A stretch of DNA of 64,000 nt from an uncultured Chloroflexia bacterium (GTDB taxonomy: Bacteria; Chloroflexota; UBA6077; JACCZL01), in assembly GCA_963765765.1 (NCBI GenBank), contig CAVXYC010000015.1, positions 32,001 to 96,000 on the forward strand, read 5' to 3'. The notes under the pieces were generated by a model. It saw nothing but the letters and a program-made list of their open reading frames with translations, was not told the origin of the DNA and made no database searches. How positions within the stretch are numbered: the first letter of the stretch is position 1; every line of letters begins with the position of its first letter. A program made the translations under genes and the position numbers. Positions 42,949 to 53,817 of this stretch are shown here, in pieces.

Positions 42949-43518
42949 CTAGCGCTCGGTCCGCTCGCGAACCTCGGCCCCGGCAGCGGCGAACCGATGC
43001 TCAATTGGACACAGGCGACGCTCCACCCATGAGCTCCCGACCCGTAGGACGAGCATCAGCGCTGTCTTTCGCCCAGGCTCTTCTGAGTCGAGGGAGATGC
43101 TCTCGTCGATGTCCAGTGACTTCGACGGCGCTTCATTGTGGCTTGGGACTGGGACATCGCGAGTGGCCAGGATTGACCGATCATCATCCGGGTCGTCCAC
43201 GATCTCCAGGCGCGCGCTGGTGATGGGAAGAGGGTCGCCTCCGTGCTCCTTGGAAACCGTCACGTGCGTGCAGACGTATGCGCCGAGCTTTCCTTCACGG
43301 TACCAGGCCGCCCATACGCCCTGAGGGCGTTCGCCCAATGGACCATCGGCCTCGCGGTGCTGCTTGGCGACAAACCATGGTGGTTGAAGATCGACCTCGA
43401 ACCCGTCGCCGATCAAGACGGCACGGGCGCGACGATTGCGCCGTACTTCTCGTGCTATCAGCAGCGCCGTCATCGCCGCGGCGATGGCCACCATGACGAT
43501 CAGGTCCATAGAGGCCAA
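42949..43518 (-). CDS. Hypothetical protein with N-terminal membrane anchor
   Basis: LIVMVAIAAAMTALLIA then RR cluster and beta-rich domain. Confidence 0.45.
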   Translation of the reverse strand: MASMDLIVMVAIAAAMTALLIAREVRRNRRARAVLIGDGFEVDLQPPWFVAKQHREADGPLGERPQGVWAAWYREGKLGAYVCTHVTVSKEHGGDPLPITSARLEIVDDPDDDRSILATRDVPVPSHNEAPSKSLDIDESISLDSEEPGRKTALMLVLRVGSSWVERRLCPIEHRFAAAGAEVRERTER

Positions 43519-43659
43519 TAGTAATTCCTACATGCAGGCGACAGTCGGTCGACTTTGGACCGCGGCGGTCTTCGGGCTTTTCGTCCAGGCTGGAAGCCGT
43601 CCACGGATGTCGGTCTGCTCACGGCAAAGCGGCGAAGACCGCCGCGGTCCAAAAAGCTC

Positions 43660-44484
43660 TTGCTTACTTGCGTCGAGCCGGTGCCTCCGTAGCAAACCAC
43701 CTCGCCACCGTCCACGGGCAGTGTCACACCCGTGATAAAACGAGCCTCGTCGGAGTGTAGAAACAGCGCCGCGTAGGCCACGTCCCAGCCGGTACCCTGC
43801 TTCCCTCCCAGAGGGATGAGTGCGTCGCGGTGGGCAACCACTTCCTCGCGCGGAGTGCCGGCTGCTACGCGACTCTCGATAGCCATAGGCGTGTTCATCA
43901 AGCCGGGCAGGATCACGTTTGCTCGCACGCCATACTGCGCGTTGCTAGCGGCCAGGTTTTCAGTAAGTGCCACCACGGCCGTCTTCATGGTCTTGTAGCC
44001 GATGAACGGGTAGGCCTGCCGTACGGCGAGCGAGGCAATGTTTACGATCGAGCCATGTGTCTCACGTAAGGCGGGCAGCGCGTATTTGGCCGTGAGCCAG
44101 TGGGATTTGAGATTGACCGTGAAACTGCGATCGAATGCTTCCTCGGTGATCTCGGTCACCACCGCGTCACCAAGGGCGATGCTGGCGCCGACGTTGTTGT
44201 GCAGGATGTCGATGCAACCGTGTCGGCGGGTCACATCAGCCATCAGGCCCTGGACCTCGGATTCGTTAGTGGCTTCGGCAGCTAATGCCAGCGCTTCGCC
44301 GCCTTCCGCGACGATCATGTCCACCGTATCTTGCGCTGTGGCTAGCTTCCCGGTCCACCACTACGACTCTGGCGCCTTCACGCGCCAACAACATAGCTGT
44401 GGCTCGGCCATTACCGATAGTTTCCCCGGGCGTCTGCCCGGCACCCACGACAATTGCCACCTTGCCTTCAACACGACCCGCCAT
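43660..44484 (-). CDS. SDR family oxidoreductase (indels; 3' end approximate)
   Basis: GAGQ.PG..IGNGRA, NNVG, Y..MK, RANVILPG, ITGVTLPVDGG. Confidence 0.85.
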
Positions 44485-44687
44485 CACCAGCCTCCCAGCT
44501 TCCGATCGATGCACCAGATTGTTGCACGGCGAGTGTTGTCAACGAGCGCTCCTATGCGTGGAGTGATCGCTTTAGCGACTTTCACCGACCGCTATGTCTC
44601 TGATATCGCTGAAAAATCGCTAAAGCGATCACTTCGTACCCTGGGGAGTTGCACCGGATCAGACCAATCTGGGACGGTGAGTTTGTT

Positions 44688-45596
44688 ATGGCCGAACGAG
44701 TACGCATGATCACGGCATTCCACCTGCCGTTCTATACGCCGATCTGGGTAGCCGATCGTCTGGGCGCGTTTCGGGATGAAGGCTTGGACGTCAGCATATC
44801 GACGCCTGCGCCTGGTCAATCTCCGGCCGCATTAGAGAGCGGTGAGGCCGATGTTTCACTAGGCGGTGTGATGCGGAGCTATATCCTCGCGGATCAGCCT
44901 GAGCCGCGGTATCTCATTGCAATTGCCGAGGTGAACAGCGCGGACGGATTTTTCGTGCTGTCGCGGGAGCCCGCGGAGCAATTCAACTGGCACAACCTCG
45001 TTGGCAAGCGGCTGGCGCTCTTCAGTCTGGCACCGACCCCATGGATGTGTCTCCAGGGGGTGCTGCGCGCGCGAGGCATTGACCCCAGTAGTATCAATAC
45101 GGTGAACGGCCTCGGTGTTGCCGAAGGCATCGAAGCGCTTCAGCGCGGCGATGTCGACTATCTTCAGACGAGTCAGCCGATGGCCGCGGAGCTTATCGAG
45201 CAGGGAGCGGCGTGGCTGGCCAGCGCTCAAGCTCCCGATGTGGGACACGTCCCCTACAGCTCGCTGATCGTGACCGAGTCGTTTAGACGCGATCGAGCCG
45301 ATGTTTGTGCCGCGGTCATTCGAGCGACGGCGAAAGCGCTGAGATGGATGAAGAATCAGTCGAGCGACTCGGTGGCAGACCTCATCGCCGACGAGTTTCG
45401 GGATATTGAGCTTCAGCGTCTGCGTTCGGTGATTGCCACGTACATGTCGGCGGGCACGTGGTCGATTGGCCCACGTCAATCGAAGGAAGCCTACGATCGA
45501 TTGGGTCGCTATCTCGTGGACGGAGGGCTCATTCGCTCCGCAGCACCGTATGAGCTGCTCGTAGATGACAGCTTCGCGGAGCTGGCCGATCGATAG
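44688..45596 (+). CDS. NMT1/THI5/SsuA-like ABC substrate-binding protein
   Basis: FYTP..VA...G.F.DEGLDV, LVGK, G.VDY; no signal peptide seen. Confidence 0.75.
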   Translation: MAERVRMITAFHLPFYTPIWVADRLGAFRDEGLDVSISTPAPGQSPAALESGEADVSLGGVMRSYILADQPEPRYLIAIAEVNSADGFFVLSREPAEQFNWHNLVGKRLALFSLAPTPWMCLQGVLRARGIDPSSINTVNGLGVAEGIEALQRGDVDYLQTSQPMAAELIEQGAAWLASAQAPDVGHVPYSSLIVTESFRRDRADVCAAVIRATAKALRWMKNQSSDSVADLIADEFRDIELQRLRSVIATYMSAGTWSIGPRQSKEAYDRLGRYLVDGGLIRSAAPYELLVDDSFAELADR

Positions 45597-45674
45597 TCTT
45601 AGCTGCCTTCCGCCCGTCGGAATGAGCGGTCGCGTATCTAAGTCTCGGGAGCTCAGATACGCGACCGCTTTACG

Positions 45675-46649
45675 TCACGGCGTCGGTGGTGCGCCCAATG
45701 TAGCGACAGGGTCGGTGACCGAGCTGGATAGAGTGGTGGCCGGGGGGGCGGGCGTGCTCGGTACAGCCGGCGGAGGCGCTATTGAACCGCTATTCAGGTA
45801 GCGGAATAGCTCCCCGTCACCGGACATGACCAATGTGCTCTTGGTGCGAAGGTATCGGTCATAGGCTTCGAGGTTGCGGGTGAATGCGTAGAACTCCGCG
45901 TCGCGATTGAACGCGCTCGCGTAGATCTCGGTTGACCTTGCGTCACCCTCACCCCGGGCACGTTGGCTCTCGTCATACGCTCGAGCCTCGATGATGGTCC
46001 GCTCCTTCTCTGCATCCGCGCGAATGCGGAAGGCTTGTTCCGCGCCTTCGGAGCGGAACTGAGCCGCGATTCGACTTCGTTCAGCGATGATTCGAGCATA
46101 GACAGAGGCCTGGACTTCCTCTGGAAGATCCGCACGCTTGATTCGCACATCGATCACGTCGATACCACCGTTTGTCTGCTGTCTGGCGGTCTCCGAAACA
46201 CGAGCCGAGACGCTCTCCATGATTGCGTCGCGTTGGCGCGAAACGATGTCGGTAAAGTTGAATCGGCTCAGCTCTGTGCGCAGCTCGGAGATGATGATGT
46301 CATCCAATCGGGCCAGAGCGCCGTTTTCAGTGCGGACCGTCTGGAAGAACTGCAGCGGATCGACGATGCGCCAGCGTGAGACGTGGTCTACAACCAGGCG
46401 GTTCTTGTCCGCGGTCAGGTATTCCTGAGGGTGGGCGTCGTTCACTAGGATTCGACGTTCAAACCGCTCCACGTTCTGAATGAAGGGCTTTTTGAAATAC
46501 AGGCCGGGCGTCCGGTCGGTGTCTACTGGGCGACCGAGCTCCAGCAAGATGATTTGGTCGTTCTCGTTCACAATGTACGTGCTCTGGGCTATCAGCAGCA
46601 TCACAAGCAGGACGATTGCCAGTCCGAGTCCGCCGAAAAGGTTGCGCAT
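45675..46649 (-). CDS. hflC: FtsH modulator HflC
   Basis: PGLYFK.PF, T.DK..LVVD, DVRIKRADLP, AER, FRSEG, FYAF.R.LEAY. Confidence 0.92.
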   Translation of the reverse strand: MRNLFGGLGLAIVLLVMLLIAQSTYIVNENDQIILLELGRPVDTDRTPGLYFKKPFIQNVERFERRILVNDAHPQEYLTADKNRLVVDHVSRWRIVDPLQFFQTVRTENGALARLDDIIISELRTELSRFNFTDIVSRQRDAIMESVSARVSETARQQTNGGIDVIDVRIKRADLPEEVQASVYARIIAERSRIAAQFRSEGAEQAFRIRADAEKERTIIEARAYDESQRARGEGDARSTEIYASAFNRDAEFYAFTRNLEAYDRYLRTKSTLVMSGDGELFRYLNSGSIAPPPAVPSTPAPPATTLSSSVTDPVATLGAPPTP

Positions 46650-46661
46650 TTTCAGACCCCT

Positions 46662-47811
46662 TTAGCGTTTCGCAGCCGGCGTGGGCTGCGCGGCAGTTGG
46701 TTTGGGCGCCGCTTGCGGCTGGCCCGAGGGCGGGGGCGGAGTTGGGGCTTGTGTCGCGGGCGGAGACGATGGCTGCTGGGAGGCTGAGCTTGCAGCGGCG
46801 GCCGCTTGTGCTCCGTTGGAGAGATTGAGAAGCGGCAGCACGCTTTGACCAGCTTCAGCGTCGATGACAATCTTGTCAACGTCCGCTAGAACCCGCTCTA
46901 CGGTCTCCAGGCGAAGTCGCTCGCGAGTTACGGCCTGAGCTTTGGAGTACTCGGCCAGGAGCGCCTCAAATCGCGCCCCGTCACCCTGCGCGCGTATGAT
47001 GCGCTGTTCTCGATAGCCCTCAGCCTCACGAATGGCTTGTTGAGCCTGGCCTCTAGCCTTGGGCAGGATGTCCGCCACGTATGCCTGCGCTTCATTCTGT
47101 AATCGGTCGCGATCCTGGAACGCGCGTACTACTTCGTTGAAAGCATCACGCACCTGATCAGGCACATCTACGGTCTGGAGCTGGACGTTTGTGACCAGGA
47201 TTCCCGATTCGTAGAGGTCGAGAAGCCTCTGTAGCTCCTCGGCAGTCTGTTGTTGAGCTTCGCTGCGGCGGCTCGTGAGGATATCGTCGATGAGCATTCT
47301 GCCGGTAACGCCACGGAGTGCCACCTCGGTGGACGCTCGGACGGCGCCATCGGGGTCTCGAAGCGGAACAGATATTTCACCGGCTCACGGACGCGGTACT
47401 GCACGATGATCTGGGCGTCGACGATGTTTTCGTCTCCCGTCAACATCAAGGACTCAGTCGCGACTCGGGTTGCCCGTCCGCCATCACTTCGGAAGCCTAC
47501 TTCCAGGCGTCGAACGGCTTGAACGTCCACCACGTCGAGCTGCTGAATGGGCGACGGCCAGCGATAACCGAGTCCGGATTGGTCGTCGTGGTGAATGACC
47601 CGAACGTACGAATGACTCCCACTTGCCCCGGCTGCACCGTGTAGATGCCAGATGCCAGCCAGAGGATGCCCGCAAGGATGGCCAGTCCTGGAACCAGACG
47701 GCCTGCCACGTGTTTGGCCTGTCTCGCGGTTCGCTGGACCGACTCTTCAATACGGCGCTGAATCTCCTCCTCGTCCGATGGTCGGCGTTGCCAATTGTCG
47801 TTGTCGCGCAT
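46662..47811 (-). CDS. hflK: FtsH modulator HflK (frameshifted)
   Basis: SGIYTV, MLTGDENIVD, VQYR, V.DAFNEV, P.ARG.A, VTRERL.LET. Confidence 0.9.
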
Positions 47812-47892
47812 CACGCACCCCCTCGTGCGAGGCTCGGTCCCAGCATTCGTCGGGCTGGTCGATTGGGGATCCGAGCGCTTCAGCCCAGAAAC

Positions 47893-47922
47893 AAAAAGTG
47901 GAGACTTCCTTGCAGTCTCCAC
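47893..47922 (-). terminator. Intrinsic terminator in the hflK leader
   Basis: GTGGAGACT-N7-AGTCTCCAC followed by TTTTTGTTT on the minus strand. Confidence 0.75.
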
Positions 47923-47968
47923 CGAGCCCGTCATCTGCGGCGGCGGGCAGCCGTTTTCAATTTGTGCG

Positions 47969-47997
47969 ATGCTACGATGTTTCACCGTGATCGTCAA
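47969..47997 (-). promoter_or_regulatory. Sigma70-type promoter upstream of the hflKC leader
   Basis: TTGACG-N17-TAGCAT. Confidence 0.65.
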
Positions 47998-48075
47998 CTG
48001 TTGATGTCGGTGAATCATCCCTCCCTCCCCGAGTCGCCGTTGGTGAAACGAGTGGGGTAAGCAAATTCGATCGAA

Positions 48076-49216
48076 TCAAGACTTCCAGTCGTAATCCCGA
48101 TCCCGATACGCTTCTTCCGGCATCAACGTCGTGATCCCTCGGTGAGCGAGCTCGGACTCGAATTTCCTCCGTATCCAGGGCTCCTCGTCTGTGTATTCGA
48201 TCTGATCCTTCGCTCGATCCTCCACCTTCTCGCCTTTACCCGCGAACTGGGGCAGGGGATGAAGGGCCAGGTAACGAGCGGGCGCTGCGCCGAGATTGAA
48301 ATGCTGGTGGAACCAGCGGTCCGGCGGCACGAAAAGGCTGGCCTCCTGCCAGGGGACGACGACCTTCTTGCTTCCATCCTGCCACATGATGGAATAGCCC
48401 TCGCCGGCGGGGATCACAATTACCCGACCCGGTCATGCCGGTGAGCCTTCTTGTATGTCCGTGAGCCAAACACGGACATATGGCAGGACATCTCCGAGTC
48501 CGGAAAACGGATTCCCACCGTTGAGCCGCCCGCGCCTCGACCATGGATCTCTCTGAGCTTGTCCCAGGCACGCATGTCGGGGAAAAAGTTGCCGTACCAG
48601 TAGGCGCCGCGCCACGGCCAATTAGGATCGGTTGAGTTGCGTGCTTGGCCTCGGAATAGAGCTCGTCGATCGCGGATGTCTGAGCCGGAACAAGCGATTC
48701 GTTATTGAAGAAATACTCCGGTTCCTGGATCAATGACATCGCTAACGGGAGATAGCTGTACCGCAGCAGTCTGGCGGGCTCATCGCCGCGCGCATTGCCG
48801 AGCTGGACGCGCGCATGCCGTGGAAGTAGAAACAAGCTGTGTTTGTGCCATTCAAACGTCGTACCTGGTTTGGAGTCATCCGTCCATACGGTGGCAAGCC
48901 CGGTCCCGCTTACTACGTAGACGATCTCATCGATGGCGAATCGGAACGGCTGCAGTGATGCGCCCGGCGCGATCTCCACGACGCGCGCCTCGCTGACACC
49001 TTCCTGGCCGGCAAGCTGGATGAATGCTGCCTGACACTGGCGTTCTTCCCACCAGCCTAGCTCGAGGGTGCGTATGTCCGAGACGAAGTAGCCACCATAA
49101 CTTGGAATTCCGACGGAATTCCGCCAGTCATCGAATGGGTAAGTACGGGCTTCGTAAATGGGCTCATCGTGCTCGAGCGCGTCAATTTCAGAAGTTGTAG
49201 CGAGATGGTGTGTCAA
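48076..49216 (-). CDS. Bicupin-type protein (frameshifted)
   Basis: E..YVVSG.G, FEW...SLF; GEGYS.MW, PP.RWFHQHFN. Confidence 0.7.
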
Positions 49217-49390
49217 TTACGGCGGTTCCTTTCATGCGACCATGCGACTCGTTCGCTGGCGTACGACTGAGCCGACCGATTGTAACGGCAGGAGGTGGTG
49301 GCCTCGCCTGTGCACCGTGACCGCGTGGCACAATGGACGGACTCGATACTGTCAGGGCGATGAACGAACCGAACCACCGCGGAGGTACTC

Positions 49391-50335
49391 ATGCCAGCAC
49401 TACGAGCAGGATTGGTCTTGCGTCGACCGACGCCGTCTGCGCAGATTGACGCGATCGTTCGCGCGGAGGGGCTGGGGCTTCCAATGACCTGGTCCACTGG
49501 AGGGGCGCTGAGCTCTGAGACGATCACTATGTTTGCGGCGGCTGCCGCGCGGACCTCGAGCATCGTGCTTGGTACATCCATCATTCCTACGTATCCACGG
49601 CACCCGATCGTCATGGCTACGCAAGCGCTCGTGCTGGCGTCAATCGCCCCGGGGCGATTCCGGCTCGGTGTAGGGCCGAGCCATCGGCCGACTATCGAGG
49701 GGACCTACGGCATACCGATGGACAAGCCGTTAGCGCACTTGCGTGAGTACCTGACGGTCCTGCGCGAGCTGCTCTGGGAAGGCAAATCCGAGTTCGAGGG
49801 GCAGTACTTCAAGGTTAATGCCCAGCTCCAGGCTGACCCGCCGAAGGTTCCCCTTCCGATCTCCGCGCTCCGTGCCGGCGCGTTCCGACTTGCTGGGGAG
49901 ATTGCGGACGGCGGCATCTCCTGGATGGCGCCAGTACCCTACCTGGTCAATGTTGCCAAGCCCGCAATGGTCGAAGGCGCGAAATCAGTCGGACGCCCGT
50001 GCCCGCCAATCGTTGGACACATTCCCGTGGCGATGTCGTCGAATGCACCTGCTGTCCACGCCGCCGCCCGACAACAGGTGCGCACGTACGGGCGGTTGCC
50101 CTTCTACGTGGGCATGTTCGAAGACGCCGGATTCCCGCTCGAGAACGGTCAGATCTCCGACGCGCTCCTGGATGAGCTGGTCGTTTCGGGGACGCCCGAG
50201 GTCGTTGCATCCCGCCTGCAGGCGATTCAAGCGGCCGGAATAGACGAGCTCGTAATCACCCAGATCACGGTGCAGGATGAGACCGCCGAAGAGACTTCGT
50301 TGATCGAGCTGCTGGCGGAGGAAGCGCAGAAGTAG
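49391..50335 (+). CDS. LLM-class oxidoreductase (probably F420-dependent)
   Basis: LGTSIIPTYPRHP, GRFRLGVGPSH, LAGEIADG. Confidence 0.88.
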   Translation: MPALRAGLVLRRPTPSAQIDAIVRAEGLGLPMTWSTGGALSSETITMFAAAAARTSSIVLGTSIIPTYPRHPIVMATQALVLASIAPGRFRLGVGPSHRPTIEGTYGIPMDKPLAHLREYLTVLRELLWEGKSEFEGQYFKVNAQLQADPPKVPLPISALRAGAFRLAGEIADGGISWMAPVPYLVNVAKPAMVEGAKSVGRPCPPIVGHIPVAMSSNAPAVHAAARQQVRTYGRLPFYVGMFEDAGFPLENGQISDALLDELVVSGTPEVVASRLQAIQAAGIDELVITQITVQDETAEETSLIELLAEEAQK

Positions 50336-50390
50336 GTTGGAGTGTTCGTGGGCGCATCTGATTCGCCCGCGAACACTCCCAACAGGATTT

Positions 50391-51530
50391 TTACGCGGGC
50401 ACCGCCGAGCGGATGCCGAACACCCGAAGTGTATTGTCACGCACCAGTTTGCGGCGCTCCTCGGCGGTAAGATGCGCCGCGTCGCGCTCCACGATCTCCT
50501 GCGACTTCGGCCAGGTCGCCGCAGTGTGCGGGTAGTCGGTTGAGAACATGAGATTGTCCACGCCGATAAGGTCCTTCGCCTCAATCGCCTCAGGCTCGTC
50601 TATGTAGGTGACGAAAACCTGCCGGTGGAAATATTCGAGAGGTGTAAGCGTGAGCGGCGTGCCGTACAGGTTGCCGCTGCGGTTGCGCTTCGCCAGACGC
50701 CCGAGGAACCACGGTAGCCAGTCGGTGCCGTTCTCCGCGGTGACGAACTTGAGCGTCGGGAATCGCTCCATCACGCCGGAGAGAATGAGCTGGGCCAGCG
50801 TGCGCTGTACTTCTTGCGGCCGCAGGATAGGGCCAAGCGTCATGTCCGGGTTCCAGTAGGACGACGGCGACATGCGACTTTCGGCTCCGCCCGTGTTCTC
50901 GTGCAGGACGATTGTCTGGCCGAGGTCCTGCGCGGCGGCCCAGAACCTGTCGTAGTGCGTTGACGTATACGGCGGGCACGGGGCGGGCGGCGAGAGGAAG
51001 ACCATACAGCCGTGGTGGCCGAGCCTGGCGGATCGCTCCAGCTCTTTGACCGCGTCGTCGACGTCATAGAGTGAGATGAGCGACAGCCCGATGAGCCGAT
51101 CGGGCGCATAGCTGCAGAACTCGCTGAGCCAATCGTTGTACACGCGGAAGCATGCCTGCTGCAGCTTTGCGTCGGTCATCCAGTAGAGGCGGAAGCCGAG
51201 CGTGGTGTAGAGCACCTCACCGTCCACGCCGTCCACATCCTGGTCCTTGAGCCGCTCGGCCGGATCCCAACCGCCCGGTCGGGCATCGTTGTAACCCTTG
51301 CCCTCTTCACGGTAGGTGGCATGGTTGTCGGTCGCGGCAGCACCGAGGCCGATACCTACGGGATGAGGCGGGAAGCCCTCATAGATCCACAGATCTTCCA
51401 TACGGCCGTTCCGCTCTCGGCGCTCCAGGCGCGGCGCGCGGAACTGGAATTCCTTGTCGATGCGCTGAACCCACAGATCGCCGGGCTCGCTCACGTGGGA
51501 ATCGGCTGAGAAGATCTTGTAATCGGGCAT
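50391..51530 (-). CDS. Amidohydrolase_2 family protein
   Basis: SADSHV.EP, D.DGVDGEVLY, YNDW, FSTDYPH. Confidence 0.88.
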   Translation of the reverse strand: MPDYKIFSADSHVSEPGDLWVQRIDKEFQFRAPRLERRERNGRMEDLWIYEGFPPHPVGIGLGAAATDNHATYREEGKGYNDARPGGWDPAERLKDQDVDGVDGEVLYTTLGFRLYWMTDAKLQQACFRVYNDWLSEFCSYAPDRLIGLSLISLYDVDDAVKELERSARLGHHGCMVFLSPPAPCPPYTSTHYDRFWAAAQDLGQTIVLHENTGGAESRMSPSSYWNPDMTLGPILRPQEVQRTLAQLILSGVMERFPTLKFVTAENGTDWLPWFLGRLAKRNRSGNLYGTPLTLTPLEYFHRQVFVTYIDEPEAIEAKDLIGVDNLMFSTDYPHTAATWPKSQEIVERDAAHLTAEERRKLVRDNTLRVFGIRSAVPA

Positions 51531-51652
51531 GCTCAGAAGCCTCCTTGGCTAGAAACAAGCGTGTATGGGCAACTGTAACCCGCGCGGCGGCGTCTCTGCC
51601 CGTCACGTCACGGTTACGAGTGAAGAGTTAAGAATGCAGGGACGTCAAACTC

Positions 51653-52696
51653 TCAGATCCTCACTCGTAACTCTTCACTCTTAACTGGTGAAGCAAAAAG
51701 CGGCATTACTTCGGCGGCAAAGCGGCGGATGTTCGCCAGTGCCATGTCTTGCGGCATGCCACCAAAATGAAACGAGCAAGAAGCGACTGTCATGCCCAGC
51801 TCAGCGCCGTGTTTCTGGATCAGCTCGGCCACCCGCTCTGGGCTCCCGGCAATGACCCGGCCCTCGCGGATCTGATCCGCGGCGCCGCGCGTGGGCATCT
51901 GGGCCCGGCTGTGCTGCGCTGCCACTCGCCAGTAATGGTCCAGGTAGGGGCCGCATTCGCGCACGGCCTCGGCTTCCGAGTCGGCAACGTACACGTACAC
52001 GCGGCCCAGGACCTCCCGTGATGACTGTTCGATCCCCGCCTGCTCCAGTCCTGCTCGATATGTGTTGATGGCGTGGCGAAGCACGTCGGGAGCGTACATG
52101 TATGGCAAAACCAGCAAATGACAGCCTTGCTCCCCAGCCCAGCGGTACGTATCGTCGCTACGGTTCGCCGCTACCCAGAATGGGGGGTGAGAGCGCTGCA
52201 CGGGGCGGGGCAGGACGCGGATGTTCTCGTACTGGTAGTGCTGCCCTTTGAACTTACGCTGCCGGCTGACCACGCCTGACGGATGACCTCTGCGCTTTCC
52301 CTGAACCGAGCAGGACTCTCCAAGTAGTCGATTCCAAACTGCTGCTGCTCGAGCTCGCTGTTGCCCCGGCCCAAGCCCGAAATCCAGGCGGCCACGAGAG
52401 ATGACGTCCACCATGGCATACGACTCTGCGATCTTCAGCGGATGATGCAGTGGCAGCACTGAAATGGCCACACCGAGCCGAAGACGCTTTGTATGGGCAG
52501 CCGCTGCCGCTAGAAACATGGCTGGGTCCGGGATCGTGCCGCCGTACTCGTGGAAGTGATGCTCGGTGACCCAGGCCTGGTGAAACCCTAGCTCGTCCAG
52601 CAGCGCGAATTGCTCGAACAGGTGCTCGTAGAACGCTGGCTCCGGACCGTCAAGCTCGGGGATGTAGGTGGGCAGGTAGTGCGCTGAGAACTTCAT
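51653..52696 (-). CDS. LLM-class luciferase-like monooxygenase (internal compensating indels)
   Basis: W.TEHHF, LPLHHP..IAE, D.ISRGRL, PRPVQ..HPP. Confidence 0.85.
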   Translation of the reverse strand: MKFSAHYLPTYIPELDGPEPAFYEHLFEQFALLDELGFHQAWVTEHHFHEYGGTIPDPAMFLAAAAAHTKRLRLGVAISVLPLHHPLKIAESYAMVDVISRGRLDFGLGPGQQRARAAAVWNRLLGESCSVQGKRRGHPSGVVSRQRKFKGQHYQYENIRVLPRPVQRSHPPFWVAANRSDDTYRWAGEQGCHLLVLPYMYAPDVLRHAINTYRAGLEQAGIEQSSREVLGRVYVYVADSEAEAVRECGPYLDHYWRVAAQHSRAQMPTRGAADQIREGRVIAGSPERVAELIQKHGAELGMTVASCSFHFGGMPQDMALANIRRFAAEVMPLFASPVKSEELRVRI

Positions 52697-52837
52697 GGCG
52701 GCGAATCTCCAGGCCTTGCGCTTGGTGAAGCATCATGCCCGCGAACCTTTCGGGCTGCAAGTGCTCGCCGGTGCGGTGTCGATTTGAACGAGGTTGATTC
52801 GACTCACCGGCTAACAATACGCTTGGAGAAGAGAATC

Positions 52838-53741
52838 ATGAAGAACCGATTCCGGATGCTCGGACGCATCCTTCTGACACTTTGCGTTGCTGCCACTGCC
52901 GGAGCGACATCTGCTTCTGCCCAGAGCACGGAAGGACAAACCATGAGTATTCGCCGACCACCACTGGAAGATCTCAGGTCAACGGTGTGGAGCTCTACTA
53001 CGAGATTCATGGCGCGGGCTAACCGCTTGTCATGCTTCACGGTGGTGTCAACCCTGCTGAGATGTTCGGCATGACCCTCTCGGAGATGGCAATGACCCAT
53101 CAGGTGATTGCTATCCACATGCGCGGGCACGGCTTTAGCACGGACATCGATGCTCCCTGGAGCTGTGAAGCCATGGCCGATGATGTGGCCGCGGTGCTTG
53201 GCGAGATCGGTATGCAAGGCTCACGTGATGGGTTACTCACTGGGAGCCGGTGTCGCGCTCCAAACTGCAATCCGTCACCCTGAGCTGGTCAATAAGCTGA
53301 TTGTTATCTCTATAGCGTTCAAGGCGGATGGCGGCGACTACCCTGAGGTCCGCGCCGCCTTCCAGTCTATGCCCGAGAATGCCCCCATGATCGGGCAGGC
53401 GATCGCAGCTTCACCGCTTGCGACCATGTATCCCGAGGTCAATTGGGAAACCATGATGCGCAAGTCAGGCGAAATGAATTTGCCCAGCCGCGATTGGTCA
53501 GCCGATATTCCCAGCATCGGCTCCCCCACGCTGATCATGTTTGCCGACGCCGATTCAATCATGCTCGAGCACATTACAGCGTTCTATAAGCTCCTCGGCG
53601 GCGGCCAGCGCGACGCGGGGATGGATGGCTCCGGTCCGGTCACCCAATCAGCTCGCCATCATTCCCAACCGAACGCACTACGACATCCTGTCCGCCCCGG
53701 CCGTCACGCAATTTGCCACGGCGTTCCTTGCCGCGGAGTAG
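52838..53741 (+). CDS. Alpha/beta hydrolase with signal peptide (frameshifted)
   Basis: LYYEIHG, LHGG, RGHG, GYSLG, DAD, THY. Confidence 0.8.
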
Positions 53742-53817
53742 GACAGAAAGCGAGCTAACACACACCTCTAGCGTGGCGCGACGTGGAGCACTGACTTGCG
53801 GACGGATGCTGGAAGGA

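Noticed and set aside
51574-51595. Third TGTAACC..GCGTCT promoter
   Set aside because: Spacer is 9 nt, not 13, and it points antisense to adjacent genes.
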